From contig NZ_CANLAG010000005.1 of the NCBI RefSeq assembly GCF_947488715.1, positions 325,950 through 357,949 of the forward strand: 32,000 nucleotides of DNA, read 5' to 3'. The notes beneath the pieces are model-generated. The model made no database searches. It was not told the origin of the DNA and was given only the letters and a program-made list of their open reading frames with translations. A program made the translations under genes and the position numbers. This document shows, one piece after another, positions 26,200 to 32,000 of this stretch. The stretch comes from an uncultured Tateyamaria sp. (GTDB taxonomy: Bacteria > Pseudomonadota > Alphaproteobacteria > Rhodobacterales > Rhodobacteraceae). Position 1 is the stretch's first letter. The number at the start of each line of letters is the position of its first letter.

Positions 26200-29037
26200 T
26201 CAATCGTCGGCATAGTCCTCCATCGGTGGGCAGGTGCAGGACAGGTTCCTGTCGCCCCATACATTGTCCACGCGGTTCACGGGTGGCCAGTATTTGTCCA
26301 CGCGGAACGAGCCGGGGGGAAAGCATCCACTTTCCCGGCTGTAGGGCCGGTCCCAGTCGCGGACGAGATCTTCCATCGTGTGCGGTGCGTTTCTAAGCGG
26401 GTTGTTTTCCGCATCCATGTCGCCGTCTTCGATGGCCTTGATCTCGGCGCGGATGCCCAGCATCGCGTCGCAGAAGCGGTCCAGCTCGGCCTTGGTTTCG
26501 GATTCGGTGGGCTCAATCATCAATGTGCCCGCCACGGGCCACGACATGGTAGGCGCGTGAAACCCGCAATCGGCCAACCGTTTGGCGATGTCGTCCACCG
26601 AGATGTGGGCGCTCTCCATGAACGGGCGGGTGTCGATGATACACTCGTGCGCCACGCGGCCCGTGGGTCCTTTGTAGAGCACATCAAACGCACCTTCGAG
26701 GCGTTTGGCGATGTAGTTCGCATTCAGGATCGCCACACGTGTGGCCTGGGTCAGGCCTTCGCCGCCCATCATCAGGCAATAGGCCCAAGAGATCGGAAGC
26801 AGCGAGGGTGAGCCAAAGGCCGCAGCACTGACCGCACCCTCACCGCCATTTGGATCGCCCGGCAGGTGCGGCGTCAGATGCGCCTTGACCCCAATCGGCC
26901 CCATGCCCGGACCACCGCCGCCGTGGGGGATGCAAAAGGTCTTGTGCAGGTTGAGGTGACTGACATCGCCGCCCAAGTCGCCAGGACGGCTCAGGCCAAC
27001 CATGGCATTCATGTTGGCACCGTCGATGTAGACTTGGCCGCCTGCCTCATGGGTCATGCGGCACACGTCGATCACTGTTTCCTCGAACACGCCGTGGGTC
27101 GAGGGATAGGTGATCATGCACCCGGCCAGATTGTCCCCGTGTTCGGCGACCTTGGCCTTGAAGTCGTCCAGATCAATGTCGCCGTTGTCGGCGGATTTCA
27201 CCGGGACAACCTTCCATCCAACCATTTGCGCAGAGGCCGGGTTGGTGCCATGCGCGCTCATCGGGATCAGGCAGATGTTGCGGTGTCCTTGACCATTGGC
27301 ACGGTGAAACGACGCGATGGTCAGCAACCCGGCATATTCCCCCTGCGCACCCGAATTGGGCTGCATGGAAATGGCGTCATATCCCGTCACATCGCAAAGC
27401 TTAGATGACAGATCGTCAATCATCTCTGCATAGCCCGCGGCCTGATCGGTCGGGCAATAGGGGTGCAGCAGCGAAAACTCGCGCCAACTGACCGGCATCA
27501 TTTCAGCCGCTGAATTCAGCTTCATCGTGCAGGAGCCAAGCGGGATCATCGCCCGGTCCAACGCCAGGTCACGATCCGCCAAACGCCGCATGTACCGCAT
27601 CATTTCCGTTTCGGCGCGATTCATGTGGAAAATCGGATGCGTCATGAAATCCGAGGTGCGGATCAGCTTGTCCGGGATGTTGTAATGCGGGGTATAGTCC
27701 TTGTCCTGCCGTTCGATGCCAAAGGCACGCCACACACATTCGATGGTCGCGGGCCGCGTGCGTTCATCCAGAGTAATGCCGATGGCGGTGGTGCCCACAG
27801 CGCGCAGGTTGATGCCCTCGTCCACGGCAGATTTGATCACAGCCGATTGCAGGGGGCCTACGTCGACGGTGATCGTATCGAAAAAGGTCGCAGGCCGTAC
27901 ATCGAAACCCGCCTGCCGCAATCCTTCGGCCAGACGCGCGGTCTTGCGGTGAATGCGTTGTGCGATGGCCCGCAAGCCGTCTGGACCGTGAAACACACCG
28001 TAAAAGCCCGCCATGACAGCCAAGAGGGCCTGTGCGGTGCAGACGTTCGATGTCGCCTTTTCCCTCCGAATGTGTTGTTCGCGGGTTTGCAGGGAAAGGC
28101 GGTAGGCGCGGTTGCCATGGCTGTCGATGGACACGCCGACAATGCGCCCCGGCATGTTGCGGGCATAGTTTGCCTTGGTCGCCATGTAGGCCGCATGCGG
28201 GCCGCCATACCCAATCGGCACACCAAAACGCTGTGTGCTGCCGACGGCAATGTCCGCACCCATCGCGCCCGGCTCTTTGAGCAGGGTCAACGACAGCGGA
28301 TCGGCAGAGATTACGCCAATGGCCTTGTGTTCATGCAGTTTCGCGATGTCGTCGGTGAAATCCCGGATGTGCCCGTAGGTGCCGGGATACTGGAAAATAG
28401 CGCCAAACACCGCCGCCGGGTCCAAATCGTCGGGCGCGCCGACGATGATCTCGATGCCCAAAGGCTGCGCGCGGGTCTTGATGACCGCAATGTTCTGCGG
28501 GTGGCAGTTTTCGTCGACAAAAAAACCGGTGGCTTTGGATTTGCTGATCCGCTGCGCCATGGTCATCGCCTCCGCGCAGGCGGTGGCCTCGTCCAGAAGG
28601 GATGCGTTGGCGATGTCCAGACCGGTCAGGTCCGACACCATGGTCTGAAAGTTCAGCAATGCCTCAAGCCTGCCCTGGCTGATCTCGGGCTGGTATGGCG
28701 TGTAGGCCGTATACCAGGCCGGATTTTCCAGGATGTTGCGCTGGATCGCGGGGGGCGTGACGGTGCCGTGATACCCTTGCCCGATCAGCGATGTCAGCAC
28801 CTGGTTCTTGGACGCGGTCACCCGCATGTGGTGCAACAGTTCGCGTTCCGACATGGCCTTGCCAAAATCCAGCGGCTCTTTCTGCCGGATGTTGGCCGGG
28901 ATCGTGTCGTCGATCAGTGCATCAAGGTCGTTCGCACCCACCACTTGCAACATCTCGTCCATCTCGGCCGGAGACGGCCCGATATGCCGACGGTTTGCAA
29001 AATCATAGGGGAGATAGTCGGTGGGTTTGAATGTCAC
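26200..29037 (-). CDS. gcvP: Glycine dehydrogenase (decarboxylating), glycine cleavage system P protein
   Basis: 945-aa ORF with a GTG start at 29037, preceded by AGGACCAGGACC. The sequence is full-length GcvP-like ([22 protein letters not shown]..., [27 protein letters not shown], the PLP-Lys region [18 protein letters not shown]) and lies in the gcvTHP gene order. Confidence 0.97.
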   Translation of the reverse strand: MTFKPTDYLPYDFANRRHIGPSPAEMDEMLQVVGANDLDALIDDTIPANIRQKEPLDFGKAMSERELLHHMRVTASKNQVLTSLIGQGYHGTVTPPAIQRNILENPAWYTAYTPYQPEISQGRLEALLNFQTMVSDLTGLDIANASLLDEATACAEAMTMAQRISKSKATGFFVDENCHPQNIAVIKTRAQPLGIEIIVGAPDDLDPAAVFGAIFQYPGTYGHIRDFTDDIAKLHEHKAIGVISADPLSLTLLKEPGAMGADIAVGSTQRFGVPIGYGGPHAAYMATKANYARNMPGRIVGVSIDSHGNRAYRLSLQTREQHIRREKATSNVCTAQALLAVMAGFYGVFHGPDGLRAIAQRIHRKTARLAEGLRQAGFDVRPATFFDTITVDVGPLQSAVIKSAVDEGINLRAVGTTAIGITLDERTRPATIECVWRAFGIERQDKDYTPHYNIPDKLIRTSDFMTHPIFHMNRAETEMMRYMRRLADRDLALDRAMIPLGSCTMKLNSAAEMMPVSWREFSLLHPYCPTDQAAGYAEMIDDLSSKLCDVTGYDAISMQPNSGAQGEYAGLLTIASFHRANGQGHRNICLIPMSAHGTNPASAQMVGWKVVPVKSADNGDIDLDDFKAKVAEHGDNLAGCMITYPSTHGVFEETVIDVCRMTHEAGGQVYIDGANMNAMVGLSRPGDLGGDVSHLNLHKTFCIPHGGGGPGMGPIGVKAHLTPHLPGDPNGGEGAVSAAAFGSPSLLPISWAYCLMMGGEGLTQATRVAILNANYIAKRLEGAFDVLYKGPTGRVAHECIIDTRPFMESAHISVDDIAKRLADCGFHAPTMSWPVAGTLMIEPTESETKAELDRFCDAMLGIRAEIKAIEDGDMDAENNPLRNAPHTMEDLVRDWDRPYSRESGCFPPGSFRVDKYWPPVNRVDNVWGDRNLSCTCPPMEDYADD

Positions 29038-29049
29038 GGTCCTGGTCCT

Positions 29050-29409
29050 TTAGCCGATCAATGCGGTGTAAGCGGTTTCGTCCAGCAACGCGTCGAGCTG
29101 CGATGGGTCGGACGGCTTGATCTTGAAAAACCAGCCCTCGTCCAAGGGCGCGCTGTTGGCCAGGCTGGGGTCGTCAGCGAGGGCGGTGTTGACCTCTGTG
29201 ATCTCGCCATCAACCGGAGCCATGATGTCGGATGCGGCCTTGACGCTTTCGATGACGACGATCTCGTCGTTTTTGCTGACTTCGGTGCCAACCTCTGGCA
29301 ATTCGACAAAAACCAGGTCACCCAGCTGCGTCGTCGCATGTTCGGTGATGCCCACAACATAGACATCGCCCTCGGCGCGCAGCCATTCGTGTTCTTCGGT
29401 GTATTTCAT
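29050..29409 (-). CDS. gcvH: Glycine cleavage system H protein (lipoyl carrier)
   Basis: Start ATG 29409 ([25 protein letters not shown]) is preceded by AGAGAGGA, and the 29430 start would overlap gcvT. The lipoyl-lysine motif is [10 protein letters not shown]. The product is 119 aa. Confidence 0.95.
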   Translation of the reverse strand: MKYTEEHEWLRAEGDVYVVGITEHATTQLGDLVFVELPEVGTEVSKNDEIVVIESVKAASDIMAPVDGEITEVNTALADDPSLANSAPLDEGWFFKIKPSDPSQLDALLDETAYTALIG

Positions 29410-29426
29410 CTGTGGTCCTCTCTGTG

Positions 29427-30551
29427 TCATCTCTTGAAGTTGGCGGGGGTAAAGGGTGTTTTGGCGACGGTCAGTGGTTGGCGTTTTCCGCGCAGTTCCC
29501 CAAAAACGACGGTGTCGGGTGTGGCATAGCGCGTTTCGACGTAGCCCATGGCAACGGGGCCGCCGACGGTTGGGCCGAACCCGCCGGATGTGATTGCGCC
29601 AATGGGTTCGCTGGCTGTTTCATCGGCGAACAGAACAACGCCCTCGCGCATGGGGGCGCGGCCTTGGGGCAGCAGCCCCACACGTTTGCGTGCTGCGCCG
29701 CTGTCTAGTTCTTCAAGGATGGTGGCCGCACCCGGAAATCCCCCGGCACGTGCGCCACCGGTGCGCCGCACTTTTTGAATCGCCCAGCTCAATGCCGCTT
29801 CGGTAGGGGACGTTCCGGCATCGATGTCATGCCCATACAGGCACAACCCAGCCTCAAGGCGCAGCGAGTCCCGCGCCCCAAGACCAATCGCCTCGACCTG
29901 TGGCAGCGCGAGCAATGCACGCGCCAGATCCTCCGCCACTTCCGAAGGGACCGAAATTTCGTAACCGTCTTCGCCGGTGTAGCCCGACCGCGAGATCCAT
30001 GCCTCTGCCCCGTTCAGGTCCACTGTGGCCACATCCATAAATGACATCCTCGCCACATCCGGGTTCAGCGTGGCAAGGGCCTCTTCCGCAGCCGGGCCTT
30101 GCAAGGCCAGCAATGCGCGGTCTGTCACCTCGGCCACAGTCAGGCCCGGTTCCAGCGCAGCCTTCAGCTTGGCGATATCCGTATGTTTGCACGCGGCATT
30201 TACCCCGAGGAACACGTGGTCGCCGCGGTTTGCCAGCATCAGATCATCCTCGATGCCTCCGGCGGCGTTTGTCAGAAAGCCATACCGCTGTCGGTTCTGC
30301 CCGAGGCTCAGAATGTCGACCGGGATCAGCGTTTCCAACCCCGCAGCGATATCCGCATAGCCGGGCCCGCGCACAACAACCTGGCCCATGTGGCTGACGT
30401 CGAACAATCCAGCATACGTACGTGTATGTTGATGTTCCTTCATCACGCCCAATGGGTACTGCACGGGCATCTCGTACCCGGCAAAGGGCACCATCTTGGC
30501 ACCCAATGACAGGTGCAGTGCATGCAAGGGGGTCTGTTTCAGGTCGGTCAT
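29427..30551 (-). CDS. gcvT: Aminomethyltransferase, glycine cleavage system T protein
   Basis: Start ATG 30551 ([32 protein letters not shown]) matches typical GcvT N-termini. The TTG 30596 extension runs into the riboswitch expression platform. The product is 374 aa, and the gene is followed by gcvH and gcvP. Confidence 0.95.
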   Translation of the reverse strand: MTDLKQTPLHALHLSLGAKMVPFAGYEMPVQYPLGVMKEHQHTRTYAGLFDVSHMGQVVVRGPGYADIAAGLETLIPVDILSLGQNRQRYGFLTNAAGGIEDDLMLANRGDHVFLGVNAACKHTDIAKLKAALEPGLTVAEVTDRALLALQGPAAEEALATLNPDVARMSFMDVATVDLNGAEAWISRSGYTGEDGYEISVPSEVAEDLARALLALPQVEAIGLGARDSLRLEAGLCLYGHDIDAGTSPTEAALSWAIQKVRRTGGARAGGFPGAATILEELDSGAARKRVGLLPQGRAPMREGVVLFADETASEPIGAITSGGFGPTVGGPVAMGYVETRYATPDTVVFGELRGKRQPLTVAKTPFTPANFKR

Positions 30552-30644
30552 GCCGTGCGCGCCTTTTGCAAGCCGACATGATTCCTGGCAAATCAATCGG
30601 CACCATCACATGCGCAGGACGGGTCCCGCGCGTTGGTGCCTCCT

Positions 30645-30790
30645 CTGTCCTATGTGCCTGAGATCATTATCCCTTCGGCGGGTGCATCTGCACCACTCTC
30701 CAGAGTATTGGTGGCGTGCCATTGGTCCTTGGGCCTGAGAGTTTCCGAGGCAGTTGCTCCTTCGGCACCAGCGAACTGGTTCTCCCAACG
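30645..30790 (-). promoter_or_regulatory. Tandem glycine riboswitch (two aptamers) in the gcvT leader
   Basis: The minus-strand RNA reads as follows. Aptamer 1 (30788->30724): GGGAGAaccaguucgcugguGCCGAAGGAGCAAcugccucggaaaCUCUCAGGCccaaGGACC. Aptamer 2 (30706->30645): CUCUGGAGAGuggugcagaugCACCCGCCGAAGGGAUAAugaucuCAGGCacauaGGACAG. Both carry the conserved GGAGA / CCGAAGG / CUCAGGC / GGAC cores of the glycine aptamer, and the element sits upstream of gcvT as expected. Confidence 0.9.
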
Positions 30791-30871
30791 TCACGCATGT
30801 CTGTTTCGTATCGGAAACGCGCGGCGCGTGGCAAGACATTTGTGACGACGCCTGATCACAAGTTTCAAAGG

Positions 30872-30917
30872 CCGCAAAACAGAACCACCACCAGATGCCT
30901 TTGCATGTGGTGGTGGT
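30872..30917 (-). terminator. Putative rho-independent terminator downstream of the peroxiredoxin-like gene
   Basis: A perfect 10-bp stem, ACCACCACCA (30884-30893) pairing with TGGTGGTGGT (30908-30917), encloses a 14-nt loop. On the minus strand the hairpin is followed by UCUGUUUUG. It lies 40 nt after the stop at 30958 and before the gcvT promoter and riboswitch. Confidence 0.45.
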
Positions 30918-30957
30918 CCAATTTTCATGCGTCAGCCCTATTGGGCGCGTTCTGAAG

Positions 30958-31494
30958 TCAGACAGCGCCCTCGTACTCGCCGCGCGCCGGGTATTCGTTG
31001 GCAATCGCGAAATCGAGCGCGCCAACCAGTTCCGAGAAATGCGGGCGCACAAACGGCATCGTCTGGACGGATCCATAGTAAAGCGTCTGCTGTGGTGTCA
31101 CCATGAACAGGCCCGGTTCCGAAAACAGCGCCGGTTCTTCGATCCCGATCGACGTCTTGCCGCGTGACGTCGAGATATAGAGACCCCACTCACGTGCCAC
31201 ATCCAGCGGCAGATCATAGGCAAAGCGCAGCTTGGTGGCGCTGATCTTATCGGCCATCGCGCGGGTGCGCTCTTCGCCGTCGGAACTGACGGCGATGGTT
31301 TTGACACCGCGTTCGGCAAAATCGTCCACGCGTTTTTCCAACTCGGTCAGGTAGGTGGCGCAGATCGGGCAGTGCAGACCACGATAGAAACAGATGACAG
31401 TGCCGCGTTCGGAACCGTCCGCGCTCAGGTCGAACGACCCGTGGTCCAGCGTCGGTAGGGTCAGGTTGGGGGTCTTTTGGCGGGGCATCAGCAT
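30958..31494 (-). CDS. AhpC/TSA-family (PRX-like, thioredoxin-fold) thiol peroxidase/redoxin
   Basis: Start ATG 31494 (MLMPRQKTPNLTLPTLDHG) has GGAGA 7 nt upstream. The redox-active motif is in the thioredoxin-fold context: VICFYRGLHCPICATYLTELEKRVDDFAERGVKTIAVSSD. The product is 178 aa. Confidence 0.8.
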   Translation of the reverse strand: MLMPRQKTPNLTLPTLDHGSFDLSADGSERGTVICFYRGLHCPICATYLTELEKRVDDFAERGVKTIAVSSDGEERTRAMADKISATKLRFAYDLPLDVAREWGLYISTSRGKTSIGIEEPALFSEPGLFMVTPQQTLYYGSVQTMPFVRPHFSELVGALDFAIANEYPARGEYEGAV

Positions 31495-31583
31495 TGCGTG
31501 TCTCCATGTATGAATGCGCTTCCCAATCGTCGTAGCACGAGCTACCATCAGGTAATCCCGAAAAAGATGATGCAAACCACGAA

Positions 31584-32000
31584 ATGCCCAAAATTGATCG
31601 TCTGTCCGCCCTGATGTCGCGCTTTGAACTGTCGGTCACGCTATGTGATCCGCGCAGTGCGAATTTTCAGATTGTCGGACAAGCAGGGTCGGACGATCCC
31701 ACATGCCTGATCCTGGCCGGTCAGGGGGGCGGGATCGCGCAGATCTCAGGTGGCGGCAAGGTCTTGCTCAGCGCCCATGTCACCTGGGGCGGGGCGCAGA
31801 ACCCGTTGTTTGCGGCCCTGCCACGCATCGTGCGTCACAGCTTGGAAGAGGACGACGACATGCGTGCAATTGTTACGCTGTTGCTGTCAGAACAGCGCGC
31901 AACGCGGTGCGGGTCTGCGTCAGTGTTGAACCGTCTTGCCGAAGTGTTGGTTGTGCGTTTGATGCGCGGCCAGATCGAGGCGGCGCATGTCGAGACCGGG
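31584..32000 (+). CDS. AraC-family transcriptional regulator, N-terminal cupin-type sensor domain (3' end outside window)
   Basis: The frame stays open from ATG 31584 to the window end (139 codons) and is absent from the ORF track because it has no stop. The sequence MPKIDRLSALMSRFELSV...CGSASVLNRLAEVLVVRLMR matches the pattern of cupin_6-type AraC N-domains (D.LS.L...; G...L.RL.E.L.V..LR). It is divergent from the redoxin gene. The HTH domain is not visible, so the family call is provisional. Confidence 0.6.
   Translation, partial: MPKIDRLSALMSRFELSVTLCDPRSANFQIVGQAGSDDPTCLILAGQGGGIAQISGGGKVLLSAHVTWGGAQNPLFAALPRIVRHSLEEDDDMRAIVTLLLSEQRATRCGSASVLNRLAEVLVVRLMRGQIEAAHVETG

Noticed and set aside
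27625-29529. 634-aa ORF on the + strand, opposite gcvP and gcvH.
   Set aside because: This is a shadow ORF antisense to two highly conserved housekeeping genes. It has no recognisable motifs and its composition is skewed.
30552-30609. TTG 30596 extension of gcvT, and the 121-aa out-of-frame ORF 30244-30609.
   Set aside because: Both run into the riboswitch expression platform. MTDLKQTPL at ATG 30551 matches typical GcvT N-termini. The same logic applies to the 29430 (gcvH) and 31575 (redoxin) track starts.
31532-31545. Small palindrome GTAGCacgaGCTAC in the divergent redoxin/AraC intergenic region.
   Set aside because: The arms are only 5 bp. It is a plausible operator, but it is not statistically distinguishable from chance.
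1-32000. I looked for CRISPR repeats, tRNA or rRNA genes, IS or transposase genes, integrases and long direct repeats flanking the cluster.
   Set aside because: I found none by eye. The intergenic space is tiny, and the cluster flanks show no repeat or att-like structure that I could see.

Overview
GC-rich, alphaproteobacterium-like chromosomal segment. About three quarters of the window (1012-24669, + strand) is an NRPS-PKS biosynthetic gene cluster that I do not recognise as any characterised pathway. It has four translationally coupled genes, with ATGA start/stop overlaps at 4878, 11135 and 23053. (1) A loading protein made of a FAAL-like acyl-AMP ligase, a PKS-type KR and a carrier domain. 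(2) A two-module NRPS (C-A-PCP-C-A-PCP). (3) A 3973-aa hybrid NRPS-PKS (TubC-type docking domain-C-A-PCP-E-C-A-PCP-KS-AT-KR-ACP). (4) A 538-aa two-domain metallo-beta-lactamase-fold protein whose architecture resembles CmlA-type diiron beta-hydroxylases. No TE, reductase or terminal-C release domain is visible, and neither is a PPTase, MbtH protein, exporter or cluster regulator. The cluster lies 15 bp downstream of an SPFH/band-7 gene (1-996) and is followed by a secreted DUF3179 protein (24808-26187). The right quarter is housekeeping. It holds gcvT-gcvH-gcvP on the minus strand behind a tandem glycine riboswitch, a PRX-like thiol peroxidase with a terminator hairpin, and the 5' part of a divergent AraC-family regulator that runs off the window. 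I saw no tRNA, rRNA, CRISPR array, IS element or transposase. All domain calls come from motif reading by eye, and the substrate predictions are hand alignments that need software confirmation.
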